Shown: piece by piece, positions 14,482 to 28,352 of the stretch
How positions within the stretch are numbered: position 1 is the stretch's first letter
Layout: every line of letters begins with the position of its first letter
Source of the DNA: Octopus vulgaris
Taxonomy: Eukaryota
NCBI GenBank assembly: GCA_951406725.2
Contig: OX597819.1
Span: forward strand, 117,800,001 to 117,864,000
Direction: 5' to 3'
Length of the DNA: 64,000 nucleotides
Notes under the pieces: model-generated
The model's input: the letters and a program-made list of their open reading frames with translations, nothing else
Told to the model about the DNA's origin: nothing
The model's database searches: none
Position numbers and translations under genes: made by a program

Positions 14482-14700
14482 TTGTGTGAGTGTGTTTTTC
14501 CCCCTAGCATTGCTTGACAATCGATGCTGGTGTGTTTATGTCCACGTTACTTAGCGGTTCGACAAAAGAGACCGATAGAATAAGTAATGGGCTTACAAAT
14601 CAATAAGTCTCGGCGTCGAGTTGCTCTATTAAAGGCGGTGCTCCAGCATGGCCGCAGTCAAACGACTGAAACAAGTAAAAGAGTAAAAGAGTAAAGAGTA
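14263..14700 (+). mobile_element. SINE family A, full length (tRNA head, CORE-like segment, internal (TA)/(TG), tail ending in (aaagagt)n)
   Basis: aggcgcaggagtggctgtgtggtaag...gggttcagtccc...ggcggtgctccagcatggccgcagtc...tgaaacaagtaaaagagt; several copies in the window. Confidence 0.92.
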
Positions 14701-14927
14701 AACCATCCAAGAACAGTTATGAAGAGGATTAAGCTAATAAACATTTGAGGAGCATTTTCATACTATATGTGATTTAAAATTTTAAACACAAAAATATTAC
14801 TTCTATTGAAAAAAAAATACTATTAATAAAGTGAAGTATTGTGTAAAATATTGTAACGTGTACACACATACATACATATATACAAACACATACATGCATA
14901 CATACCTACATGATGGCCGTCCACTCG

Positions 14928-15110
14928 TGACCGAGGAAGACCATTGCCGACCTTCAGGAACATTGTGCGCTCTAGGACTAACTTATATTTTGCATTTGCG
15001 GCTCCGTTGGTGGCCAATGAGCACTGCCCTTGACAAGCATACACGACTGCAAACATTGCAGACCAAGCTTTCCCCATTCACTATACGAGCCGTGCGTTTC
15101 GCGCAGCTCA
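14928..15110 (-). mobile_element. RTE-type LINE 3' end
   Basis: Minus-strand NGESLVCNVCSRVCLSRAVLIGHQRSRKCKI* (decayed C2H2 finger of the kind found at RTE/BovB ORF ends), followed by a short 3' UTR. Confidence 0.65.
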
Positions 15111-15958
15111 CAAACATACATACCTACATGCTTACATACATACAACGAAACATACATACATGCGTAGATACAGAGAAATATTCATACACGCTTACATATA
15201 TGCAAAGAAACACACACTGATGCATACATACATACGTACATACATACAGCCAGACAGACACACACACGTTCTTGTAGAGAATCTAGAGTGTGAGCAAAGA
15301 ATGCAATCGCGATGCTGCACGATACCCAAGTGGGTATTGTGTAAATGTCTCTCACACAAAATCACCAGAGAAACAGTCCTGGCAGTTTTTATAAAACTAC
15401 CGAATGGAAACCCACTTAGGAGAGACCTAGCCCTAAATGTCTACGAGATATTTCTGTATCTGATGCAAGGTAATGCTGCATAAAATATTTATAATGGTAT
15501 CCGCAGGAAAGATTGAACTTATACATACGTCAAAGGCTTATTAGAAGAAAATTGATTCAGACCTTTAAAGACAATTCCGTGCAAGCATAAAATGCGTAAT
15601 ATTGTTCTGTGCACAAAGTGCAATAGCTGTATATTGTTGTAGAGATGAACTGCGCTGCATATGTCAATGTACAACCAAAATTTGCAGCAGAAACAAATCT
15701 GTGTAGTGAATTGATTACGGACCTTACAAATCCAGGTTACTGAAAATAAATTTGCACATATAGCAATCAAGATGGACACATTAAGCTAAGTAGTTTACAG
15801 GAGTCGCCAGAAGTACCAGTTACAAAAATTCTTGTAACATGAACAGTTCTCTTTTGCTCTCTTTGCGACCCGCTTGAACTCAGTAAAGACGGAGTTAAAG
15901 AAAACTCGAAGAAAGAAATATATTCTAAGACGCATACAGACATATATTATGTGTGTGA

Positions 15959-16005
<47 letters not shown>

Positions 16006-16333
16006 CGCCTGTATGTGTCTGCGTGAGTGTGAGTGCTTGTACGTGTGTGTATAATATACGAATAAGAGAAATGGCTGTTCTGAATTCGAAATCTCAATGC
16101 TGTTGTGTGCAGGAGTTATACATATATTCGTTCCATTTCGGGCGGCCTTTATTACATTGATTAATACGAAAAAAAATATTTGCTACAATCAACATAGCCG
16201 TACAGGCATAATTACACTATTACTAAGAGAATTAGAAACATTAATCACAAAGACAGCTAGATACCATATAATTGATAAGATCAGCAAGTGCTTGCCTATT
16301 TAATACATTAGAGTAAATAAGATTATATATATA

Positions 16334-16371
<38 letters not shown>

Positions 16372-16399
16372 GGTTTGTATGTGTGTGTGCGTTTGTATG

Positions 16400-16430
<31 letters not shown>

Positions 16431-16616
16431 GTGTTTGTGTTTGTATATACATGTGTGTGTGAATGTGTAAGTGTCCGTGCGCATTTGTGCGTATTAGATA
16501 AATTGACAGATGATTAGATAGAGTGATATAGATATTGATAGATAAATAGTTATATATACATACATATAAAAGTATATATATCTATTCATATATATAATAT
16601 TATATAATATATATAC

Positions 16617-16711
<95 letters not shown>

Positions 16712-16920
16712 TATATATATATATGTGTGTGTGGGTGTGGATGTGTGAGTGTGTGAATAACTTAACTATAAATAATAATCACTAGTGTTTCAAAGAAGTA
16801 AGTAATTCCGTGAATACATCGTAATAATTTAATGTAAAATTTATTCGGAAATACCTTTCACCATTTTATAAGAAAACATTTAGATATATAATTACGATAA
16901 TTTCTTCAAACTAAAAAAAC

Positions 16921-16957
<37 letters not shown>

Positions 16958-17622
16958 TACACATATGTGTGTGTAGCCCTCCTTGTTTTTGTCTACGATT
17001 ATGTATATAAAGTATTTTTATATATGTTCCTGTGTTTATAACAAGTTTCAGAGTCTATGTCTTCATATAATTTTGTTATGATTTCGCAGTGCGGAGGAAA
17101 TAAGTTCAAATATAAGCGTTTATCAAATATAACCTATAACTTCCACATAATATTTGTCGGCTATTTCATAATACTAAATTTTATTGTCTTCTATCTTTTG
17201 AATCTCCATACAATTCAAAAATAAATTATTCTCCATCAAAAAAAGAAATGGAGGTGATAGAAATCTTTTATTGTCATAAGAAAGAAGAAATACATAAATA
17301 AATGATTAAGTAAAAGTCAACTCTACCATTAAACATACGCGAAAGAGATAGTAACTGATATGATGGAATCCTATTGATTTTCTTTCAAAAGTTCTCATTC
17401 GGAAAAATAAGTAAATGTTTTTGTTATTTAAAGACACGCTAACGACACGGGCATACATACTCATGCACAACACACACACAAGAAAAAAATACACTCACAC
17501 ACAGACAACCACACACACGCAAGCACATACTCACACGCCCCAACTCACATGCATACAGATATAATATTGCACACGTCTGTGAACATGCGTATGGCTATAT
17601 GTAAGTATATATATATATATAT

Positions 17623-17777
17623 ATTCAAATTCCACCGAGGTCGACTTTGCCTTTCATCCTTTCGGGGTCGATAAATAAATACCACTTACGCACTGGGGTC
17701 GATGTAACCGACTTAATCCCTTTGTCTCTCTTTGTTTGTTCCCTCTATGTTTAGCCCCTTGCGGGCAATAAAGAAAT
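17623..17777 (+). mobile_element. 5'-truncated SINE family C inserted in (TA)n
   Basis: ttcaaattccaccgaggtcgactttgcctttcatcc...gggcaataaagaaata; tatatgtaagt is duplicated on both flanks. Confidence 0.88.
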
Positions 17778-17787
17778 ATATATGTAA

Positions 17788-17873
<86 letters not shown>

Positions 17874-17886
17874 TGAAGTATTAAGA

Positions 17887-18170
17887 TTAATCGAAGGACA
17901 TACTAGGTATGTCTACCTGCTGGATGTAACAGTCAAAACTTCTATTTGAATCAACAAAATACACTGATAATAAATACAGAAATCAACCGTCCGAAGGCAA
18001 ACGGGCTAAGAAAATCTCTCAACATACATTCAAGTATTTGGACTCACTTAGACTGCTTTCTGGACAGGCATAGCTGCCTCACTCTCCTAAGCACGTATTG
18101 CCATGATGGAGAGCCTCCAAATTGTCACGCTGAAATCTGTGCTGAAGCTGATTCATTTTGCGCCGAATCA
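17887..18170 (-). mobile_element. Diverged ~290-bp repeat homologous to 36815-37083, with a degenerate hammerhead at 18046-18096
   Basis: Shared blocks aaggacatacta.gtatgtct.cctgctgga, tacactga..ata, ggactcac, gattc.ttttgcgccgaa. Minus-strand motif: acgug CUUAGGA..GGCA-GCUA-UGCC..GAAA GCAG UC. Confidence 0.6.
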
Positions 18171-18422
18171 TGGCAGCCACCAGTGTAAAAATAATTTCAA
18201 TATGGAGCTAATAATTCAGAAGAAGATATATATGCGAAGATATTCCCTCTAGATAATAATAGCTTCAATGATATCTTCGTAAATATTTATTCTTGGACTA
18301 TTTGCTTCGTATTGAAATTATATATATATATTTACATATACATACATACATATATATGTGTATATACAATTCAAAAATATGTGGACAGTTGCCGAATTTT
18401 CCATCCATCTTTTGTCTCTCTC

Positions 18423-18462
18423 GTATGTCTGAAGAAGAGGTTTGCTCGAAACGTAAAATTAC
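18423..18462 (+). ncRNA. Minimal hammerhead-like motif (intact core, weak stem I)
   Basis: CUGAAGA A GAG-GUUUG-CUC GAAA CG UA. Confidence 0.55.
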
Positions 18463-18908
18463 CATTTTTTTCCTTTCGTGAGCGTCTCTTAATATTTTGA
18501 ATGTAACACGTCCGCGCGTGGTAGATTGTTTCTTGTGGTTTTTATTAGTTTCTTTTTTCGGATTATATATATATGTATGTATATAGATAACTGCATGAAC
18601 AACTATCTATATATATAAAAAAAAAGTTTATGTACGCGTATACAGAAGAGACAGAGTGTATATATATATGATAGTACAGATTGCGTATGTGACAGAAAAC
18701 AATTCAGAAGCCACACAAAAATTCTGAGACAATGTACAAAATCGTGAGAGAGTGAAAATGAAATTAAAAGAACCAAGAAAATGCCTCTTAAGTGCGTAAA
18801 ACTATCTACGAAAGTAATACATTTAATGTTTCTTGCCAAAATCACCATTAGCAAGCAATCGCAGTACCAGCCATGGAGTTTTAGAGATAGCAAAAGATGT
18901 AGTGATAT

Positions 18909-19160
18909 AGGCGCAGGCTTGGCTGTGTGGTAATAAGCTTCCCTACAAAACACATTGTTCTGATTTTTGTTCTGGTACGTGACACTTTGTCAAGTGTTTT
19001 CTAATATAGCCTCCGGCCAACCAAAAACTTTTGAATAGATTTAGTATACAGAAACGGAAAGAAGCCTGTCATATGTCTACGTATATTTATGTGTGTGTGC
19101 ATATATATGCTTTCGTTTGTCCTCTACTACTACATGACAGCCGGTGCGTGTGCGTTTACA
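18909..19160 (+). mobile_element. Old, diverged SINE family A copy
   Basis: aggcgcaggcttggctgtgtggtaa...tatagcctccggccaaccaaa...gaaagaagcctgtc. Confidence 0.75.
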
Positions 19161-19767
19161 TACACATACACCAGCATGAGGGGACCGATAGGCACACACG
19201 CAATCACATATGAAAGCAAGCGCGCCGGAGCCCAGGAGCACGCAAAAATACACATATTCAAACATATGCCATGTAAGCCCACGTAAACAAACAAGGTAAT
19301 ACACACACATACACACATACACAGACACACAAATAAACACGTACAATCGCACGTTGGTGTGTAGGAAGGTGCACATAACGTACGAGTAGAATAACAGCGG
19401 GTTACAAGGAAGTCCCTAGAAATTAATACATATAGAAACGAATAGTTTTAAGGCATAAACCTGCCTCATCCCAGGAAAACGCACACATCACACATATAGG
19501 CGACCACACGGTTTTACACACACCACCAGCAATACACCCATGCGCATGCACACAAACGCAATAATGAAATGACATTTAACGCGTGTGCGAGTGCTATTAG
19601 TATAATGGCACTCCAAAGACACAGCAAAGTAGTAATATGTATGTGTGTGTATCTATATATATATATACATCTAGAGAGAGATATGTATGTGGGTATGCCT
19701 ATATATATGTGTGTGTGCGTGTAAATGTATATGTATATATGTGTGTATATATATGTATATATATATG

Positions 19768-19814
<47 letters not shown>

Positions 19815-19892
19815 ATGTGTGTGACCGCGTGTGTACCGTTGGCGATTTATTTTTCCTCCGTCTTCCCTTCTCTGGATCTTTCCTTCTCCTAT

Positions 19893-19927
19893 GTTTCCGA
19901 CGAAGAGCTCCGCTCGAAACGTAAAAC
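19893..19927 (+). ncRNA. Minimal hammerhead-like motif (U4C variant core)
   Basis: GUUU CCGACGA A GAGC-UCC-GCUC GAAA CG UA AAAC, with stems I and II fully paired. It lies in a ~210-bp cassette (19822-20030) between (TG)n and (TA)n. Confidence 0.65.
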
Positions 19928-20031
19928 CCTCCTTCTTCCCTTCCTTCCTGAGCGTCCAATAATACTATATGTGTTCCACGTAATCGCGTTGTTGCATTTT
20001 CTCTTGGTGTTTTCATGTTTGGATTAACTTT

Positions 20032-20092
<61 letters not shown>

Positions 20093-20733
20093 AAAAGATG
20101 CTGAAATGTTCCTGGTTATAACAGAATCGCAAAACGCCTGGGTGTAGGCCCATACTTCCGTGTTCTAATAGAGGGCTTAGACAGATGATATAAGAGTGAG
20201 AATCTGAGAGGGGGCTATGATGAATAAAAACATAATTAACTTATACTCCAGGGATTTTTTATACACTTATATATATACATACACGCGTATATAGAAATAC
20301 ATAAGTATGGGTATCTATCTTTTAACTTTTACTTGCTTTAGTCATTAGACGGCGGCCATTCTGTGGTACAGTCTTGAAAAGTTTTATCTGCAGCAGCAAC
20401 CAAACGTTGGATCTGTTTCTAGCAATTTCTATTTATTTGCATGGAATTCCTTGAGTCATTGATTTATATTCTGACTAGAATCGTTTTCTTTGTACCCTAC
20501 TGTCATTCTCCTCTTACAGTTTCTAACTCTGCCTACGTACCCAAGTACCAAATTATAGGTACTTACCTAAGTACGTGGATGATCATGGATATGTATTGAG
20601 ATTGTACACATGCATGTGTTTATCTTTAGGTGCTTTCATTCATTTTGATGTCCTAACCCTACACTTTATTTATATCTAGTGCACTGCAACATGTTTGCCA
20701 GCCCAGATGGACTCACCAATGCACATATACACG

Positions 20734-20788
<55 letters not shown>

Positions 20789-21813
20789 ACACACTAAACA
20801 CTGATACACACACACATATACACACACACACACACAAAGCACTGATACACACACACAAACAAAACATTGACATACAAACAAACCACTGACATGCAAAGGT
20901 GCACGCGCCCGGAATCGGTCTTACGTACAGGCATAAGAGCAATTCTCGGACTGACACAAAGCAGATGCTGGAGAACAGAGAAGTCAATGAATAGGATGCG
21001 GAAGCGAGTAAAGAACATTGGTAACCAATACCTGCTTGATTTTTTAATCAGCACATTAAACAAAGGATTGATTAGTTAGTTGGTTAGAAATTTTCATCAT
21101 ATTAACTCACAATGCAGAAGCGATATTCAATTAGTGCGTGTGTTATTAAGATTTGTTTCAAGACACGAATTCATATGAAATATTTTGAAAATCACATATT
21201 AAAAAATACTACCACACACATAAGCACGAGCGCGCACACACACATGAATGTTTGTATATATGTGCATACAGTTGTACTCATACATACGTACATGCATACA
21301 TACATCCCAAAATACACGCTAACGTATTCGTATAACTTTTCGTGTAAATTTCCGAATATATTCAGAAGTGAGAAAATAATTGTAGAAACGGAAGTTGATT
21401 TCTTCAACGGATGTGTATATGTTTCTTGCTTACAAATATTTCTCTTTGTCGTGTGCGTTTCATTTGAGAATAGTCGCACATTATATGAAATACTATTTTT
21501 CTCTCTTTAAGTCACTTCGACTTTATACGTCGTTGTAATCTGGAGTTATGTGTTTTTCTATAGTTGTACGACATATGTAACCGTGTGTATCATTTAAAAA
21601 AATAATGCTCTTAACTATTTATTATTACACTTTCAATGGATTATGTTTTGAATGGATATTTATGTACATTTTTGAAATAATGCTCAACATTAGGTTAAAC
21701 TTTTCATTCCCACTTGACTATGATATAGTCAATGCAACTTTTGGTAAGTTAAAATCTTCCACGTAGCTGATTCATTCAAACAGCTCTGTGTAAGTTGCTA
21801 GATTTCTTCAAGA

Positions 21814-21980
21814 AGCGCAGGCATGGTTGTGCGATTCTTCCACTGACTTTGCAACCAGATGTTTTACGATTCGGGACATTTTCGCGCCAGCTCAGGCAAG
21901 CTACATTTCTTATACCCACAGGCCGGTCGATGCTTGTACGTGTATCTGTTTGTCGGAAACTCTATCGGAGCTTGTCGTAT
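21814..21980 (+). mobile_element. Highly diverged SINE family A 5' part
   Basis: gcgcaggcatggttgtg...caggcaag...ggaaactctatcggagcttgtcgtatat is colinear with 14263-14430. Confidence 0.5.
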
Positions 21981-22542
21981 ATAAATATATACATACATAC
22001 ATATATATATATAAATTCAGGGTGAATACTTGATAACTATAAGTACCTGTATACACCACTCACCTACACCACTATATATATATATATATAAGGAAGTTCC
22101 CTCATGCACATTATCCGTTTCTAAGTTTTTCATTTTTCAGATGTTATTCCTGGAGGTAAGACACATTTTTTTCATGTTCGTTGCACACACACGTTTTTAC
22201 TAGTATATACGCAGTGAAGCTATACAATAGCGTCGTATTTATTACGATCGCTATTTTCCAGTAAATATCGGTACTTAGTTGTACCATTTGATATATATAT
22301 ATATATATATATATGGGGGGGGGTAAGGAGAAGATTGTTAATTTAATTATCGATCTTATCAAGTGGACATTATGTGAATAAAGACCTTCAAATGTAATAA
22401 TTATTGTTAAACTTATAATTTAGGGTATCTAAGAGATACCTCCACGCTGGAAATAGCAGCCAAAAACTGGCTCTAAAACCACATTAACTGTTCATACAAC
22501 ACCAAGAGAGGAGACAGAATGACAAGATGAACTAGGAAGATG

Positions 22543-22609
<67 letters not shown>

Positions 22610-23447
22610 AGTGCGTGTGTGTGTATGTGTGTATTTGTGTGCGTGCGTTTGTGTGTGTGTTTGTCTTTCCTCCGTCTGCGGAGTGATCTTGAGACTTTTA
22701 CCTCTTTGTTACATAATGATAAATACCATAAATACCAGATTGAAAACAGTTATTGAGAGCTATTTGATCGACTATGTCTTTCAAAGTATTGCCACAGCAT
22801 TGCCACAGTCAATAACAGTGAAATATAAACGTAAAATGTAATTTTTAAAAATTGATATCTTCCTATGAAATATAAAGGCATTGGAGAAATTATACAGTTC
22901 GTCCTACGCATATCAAGAATTGTTATATTCACTTTTTAAATAGATGCGTGTCAAAATAATTCTACTATGTAGGAGGATATTCCCAATTAGAATTAGGATA
23001 CCTTATCACAAAATTTAATGCATTTGGATTTGATTATTAAATACTAAAATAATTACATGAGTTGTATGAGACAGAACAGCTAAGTATTATCTTGAAGCAT
23101 ATTTTACTGATAGCTTGTTTTCGGTAAGCTATTCATCTGTCTGCCTGTCAGACAGTCAATGCGGCTATCTATATTAGTGATCTATCAATTAAATCATGCC
23201 TTCTCTCCGTATGTAGGTGTTTGTGTGTGGGGGTGGGGGTGTATGTGTGTGTGTATGTGTGTGTATGTGTGTGTGTGTGTCTGTGTGTGTGTCTGTGTGT
23301 GTGTGTTGTGTGTATGTGCATGAATAATCTAAACAACAGTTTGCAATGTTTCACCAAAAAGGAGAATTATCATTGCTAGAAATAAGAGCTAAACCGTTTC
23401 AGTGACGTAGTTAATGCACATGAGGGATTGTTCGACTGATTTCGTAT

Positions 23448-23514
23448 TCGAGCAGGCTTAACTGATCAGGCAACGGAAATTGCCGAAATTGACGTTGGTA
23501 TTAAGAATTCTCGA
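23448..23514 (+). ncRNA. Type-I hammerhead-like motif with a G8C core substitution
   Basis: UCGAG..CUUAA CUGAUCA GGCAA-CGGAAA-UUGCC GAAA UUGACGUUGG UA UUAAG..CUCGA. Confidence 0.65.
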
Positions 23515-23589
23515 TCATGCGCATGTGTGCATAAATATGTGTACCCCCCCTTTCTCTGTGTATCATTATACACACACACACATATATAA

Positions 23590-23627
<38 letters not shown>

Positions 23628-24055
23628 GTATGTATGCATGTATGTATGTATGTATGTATGTATGTATGTATGTATGTACGTGTGTATGTATGTATGTATA
23701 AATGGTACATGGTAGTAATCGGTGTCACACAACAGATCAGATTTCTGGAATTTTCTGCCGAATAGCTTCCGTAAGTGAGGTTATTGTGTGTAGTGATCGA
23801 ATTTGTGCTTACAATAAATTTCTTCCCGCTCTAAATCGACGTTGACCGTCATGGCACACAATATACTCCGCACTAAGTAAGGAAATGAGTGCTGGGTAAC
23901 GTGAATTAAAATCTTTTGCTCAACAACATTACATACCACCAGTTCGTCTGATTTGAAACCACTGTTGTGCAAACTTCTTGTAACGTACTAACCACTGGTT
24001 TCCACCCTTATGTATATATAGATATGTGTGTGTGTGTGTACGTATATATGCATGC

Positions 24056-24110
<55 letters not shown>

Positions 24111-25367
24111 TATATGTATTACGTATATTTTTGTTACTTTTCATTTGTCTTACTCGCTTACGTTTCTGGTGTGCTAAATTTTTCTGGAGAACAATTCTTA
24201 GTGGTTAAGACCGTAGCGGATCTTCTTCTAGCATAAGGGTTCCCACATAGTAGTTAAAATATTCCCTTGTATATTTATATACATATGTATGTATGTATAT
24301 GTGTATGTGAGTGTGTGTTGTGCATGCGGATTTGTGTGCGTGTTTGTGAAGGTGTGTGAGTTAACGTATGAAATTACAAGAGAGAAGAACGAATTTAGAT
24401 ATCTAAACTTTTAAAAACCGCTCAGTAGTAATAAGAAACTAATAATTATAGAAATATATTTTCAGCGAAAATTTCGTTTGAACGACGAAAATATCGCTAG
24501 ACTACGGGTTTGAAGCTGTCTCTATCAGTTTTTTAATATTACAATAATATTCAATTTGGAATAACATCGACTTTTAAATCTGGCGTCAAACAATTTTCAT
24601 ACAATTGTTCATATTGCTTTTGTTGCAAGTAAATACTTACGTTTAATATAGCTAGCTTTCAATTTCCACAAAACAAATATGTCTACAGTCATTCGTATTC
24701 AAATTTACACACACATTTATATATTAAATATATACATACAAACGTAGATATATACATACATACATACATACATATGTGTGTACGTATGTTTGTGAGTATA
24801 TAAGTGTTTTTTTTTTGTACTGTGTCTTTATGCTGATTAATAGCCACAAATTTCTCTACTTACAAGTGCACACGTAATTGCCATGGTGCGTATTTCGTGT
24901 TAGATTAATTGTAGTCTAGTATGATTTGAATATAATTTGAAATGTTTTAACTGCAATAATTCCTATATTATGGATTACATACATATATACATGTGTGTCT
25001 GTCTTAGTGTTTGTGCGCATATAGCTTTGTTTGTTTATTTGTGAGTGCGTAACATAATAACATATCGAAGTGTTGAATAATAGCCAACTCGCATATTAGA
25101 ATGTGTACCTGAAAAATACTTAGTGAGAGCTTTTCAGTTTTTCTTGCCACACCCACCGCCTCATTACGAACAGTCACAATCGATTAGAGGAAATGAAATG
25201 CATTAAACTGAATTAAACGAAAGAAATACACTAACAGTCGTTATAAAGCACATAATTATTGCTGTAGTTCGGATCATCGGTACAACAAACAACCATGCAA
25301 TCCATGGAATTCCAGGATCGAAGCTTTACCTTGTCATACACTACTAGGACAATACCATTGCATTTTA

Positions 25368-25740
<373 letters not shown>

Positions 25741-26248
25741 CCAGAGACCTCATGAGACCTCAAGTTAGAATCATGTTGGTGTTCATTTGCGTGGGATATG
25801 CACATGCATCACAACGATTTCAAACTAAAAACCTATGTTTCCAAAGAATTCCCCTCAACACATGGCTATGGTGCTCTCCCACTATTTCTGCTCATAGTCA
25901 GAGATGCACATATCATCAGCCAATAAAGGACATGCTCAACTGGTTAAGGTCAAACAACTGACAAACAAATCTGTGGTATTTAGCAGAATATTTGTTTTAG
26001 CCCATGTTTCATACCAAGAGAAACAAATGAACATGATAACACTTCGAATCAGTTAAGATCAGTAGCCATGAGAGCCAGTGTCTAGTACAGCATCAGCGCA
26101 GTTATTTTTACTGAGTGAGAAAATTGTTCAACATTTGGTAGTTTCAGGCAAATTTCAACTGCGTCACCTGCTACGCCTCCGTGTTGGTAGTGTGGGTGCA
26201 GCATTGTGTTTTTTTTTAAATATGCAAACAGTTCCCAGTATTATATAG

Positions 26249-26645
26249 TCTTTACTCTTTTACTTGTTTCAGTCATTTGACTGCGGCCATGCTGGAGCAC
26301 CGCCTTTAATCGAGCAACTCGACCCCGGGACTTATTCTTTTTCTAAGCCCAGTACTTATTCTATCGGTTTCTTTTGCCGAACCGCTAAGTAACGGGGACA
26401 TAAACACACCAGCATCGGTTGTCAAGCAATGCTAGGGGACAAACACAGACACTCACACATATATATATATATACATATATACGACAGGCTTCTTTCAGTT
26501 TCCGTCTACCAAATCCATTGACAAGGCATTGGTCTGCCCGGGGCTATAGCAGAAGACACTTGCCCAATGTGCCAGGCAGTGGGACTGAACCCGGAACCAT
26601 GTGGTTGGTTAGCAAGCTACTTACCACACACCCACTCCTGCGCCT
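26249..26645 (-). mobile_element. SINE family A, full length
   Basis: Reverse complement of 14263-14700. Confidence 0.92.
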
Positions 26646-27112
26646 ATATTGTCAGATTCTTTTCTTCTTTTCGGTGTGGTGCACTCTTTTTTCATCTATT
26701 AGTGACTGCATCGTTTCTTATGCGTGTAATGCGTTGGATACATAGCTTGTTGGTGGTAGATTATTTCATTGGAAAATTGATATAAAGATTATGATTATAG
26801 ATATATATTATCATAATCAGTTTGAATCAGATGTGGTCATTTTCAAGCACTGGAGGTGGTTTGTGTTCCCGCCAGTTTTTTTGCAAATTACCCAGTGACA
26901 ATACTGTGCTGCTCTATCATGCCTATTGAGATACTCTGTAGGTGCAAGAGGCCTGCACATCGTGAAAATTTGATCAATGATTTTATTTTGTTGTTTACAT
27001 ACGCGTGATGTTGGGCTACTGCCATTGTTTGATATGTTGGCCTCGTAGGTCTTTGTAGGTCGGCATTGATCTTAGGCTGCTAAGATAATCATTTCTACAG
27101 TTCCGAGGAATT

Positions 27113-27262
27113 ATGTAAATTATTTACATTATTTACATTGGACAGATATTTGTCCCCCTCTTATTTGTTGTTAACACCACGTTTCGCTCATATACCTCCA
27201 GGCTTCACAGGTGCATTGGGCAAAATTTCGTACATGGGTTCTCCTTCCTAAGGTATTTTTCG
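27113..27262 (-). mobile_element. Short cassette with a degenerate hammerhead (27174-27213)
   Basis: Minus strand: cac CUG-UGA A gccuggagguauaugagc GAAA CG UG gugu, ending in (tgtaaataa)x2. The core lacks A6. Confidence 0.45.
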
Positions 27263-27344
27263 ATGTTGTTGTTGTTGTTGTTGTCGTCGTCGTCGTCGCC
27301 GTCATCATCATCATCATTATCATTATTATTGTTATTATTATTTA

Positions 27345-27556
27345 TTGCCCTTGACAGCTTCTAACGCAGGATATTTACTACAGTGTCAGCTGTTCACTGC
27401 CAGTGAACTAAGGTACCACCTCTTGTTTTTCGAGCACCTTCCGGAGTATTCGAGCGGTTCCAAGCAGTACAGTTTTCTGCAAGTGCTCCACCCTTATTGC
27501 ACACCTTACTTGTATCACGTACTTCTCGAGATTTTTGCTCAATGTTCCCAGTGAGC
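27345..27556 (-). mobile_element. REL-endonuclease LINE 3' end (second family) with a TAA/TGA/CAA tail
   Basis: Minus-strand SLGTLSKNLEKYVIQVRCAIRVEHLQKTVLLGTARILRKVLEK, homologous to QKIALLGTAHILRRTL of the 57 kb element. Confidence 0.8.
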
Positions 27557-28352
27557 AAATGAAATTGAACGCCAATTAAAATAAAGCAAGAAATACATTA
27601 CGATACAAATGAGCATAAAGAGATTTAATTTACTAAATGAGAATTGCAGTTAGTTCATTATTACACAGTATGTTACGAGTCACAAAAATTTCGATTCCAT
27701 CCTTTTAAATTGTACCTTATCTAACATGCACTGGAAGGTGAATGTAGACAAACACACTTTGTGCGGGAACCAGTAAAGGTCAACATGTGTATGAGTTAAT
27801 AAACAACAAATGAGGAAGAAAAAAAATGACCGTTATTATCTTAATTCTCTACTGTTTAAATCTCTCTAATAAAATCAGATAATTTCTTAAATATAAAACA
27901 ATATCTTTTATAAGAGATTAAATCAGTAGATGGACCGAAATGTAACATCTTTAACCATCTAAAGATGGCTGTTTCGAAGGAACCGGCATTATTGCTATAT
28001 TTCTGCAGTTGGTGAACCCCTCTTCCAGCTGGTAATTCCATGCAATCAGCATCCAATACGTAATGTAACCAGGGGAGGGAAATCCTAGCAATTTCCTGCC
28101 ATGAGACTACCAGAGCGCGCAGTTCCGAACTCTTTGTGGCCATCCTCAGTTAATGAGGCTCGTCCGCCAGGGATAGCAGTAGTTCACTTCAGCTCGCAAT
28201 ATATATATATAGAAAACTAGTGGCACGCAGTTACTGTAGTGATTATTTTTTAAACATTTTTATTCTTTGTTTCAATCATTAGACTGCGGTCATGAAGAAT
28301 TTCCCTTCGCTATATATATTTATACTATATTTAAAGCCACAGAAAATTCAAC

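Noticed and set aside
14073-14510. Recurrent ORF text RASFSFRLPNPLTR...GTEPGTM (also at 26419 and 62178) and MFSLNKH/MFIERKH ORFs
   Set aside because: These are incidental translations of SINE families A and B, not a gene family.
25880-25925. Minus-strand CUGAUGA...GAAA
   Set aside because: No pairing for stems I, II or III.
28100-28155. Minus-strand CUGAGGA...GGAAC UGCGCGC UC
   Set aside because: It lacks GAAA and a clean stem I/II, so it is too degenerate to call.
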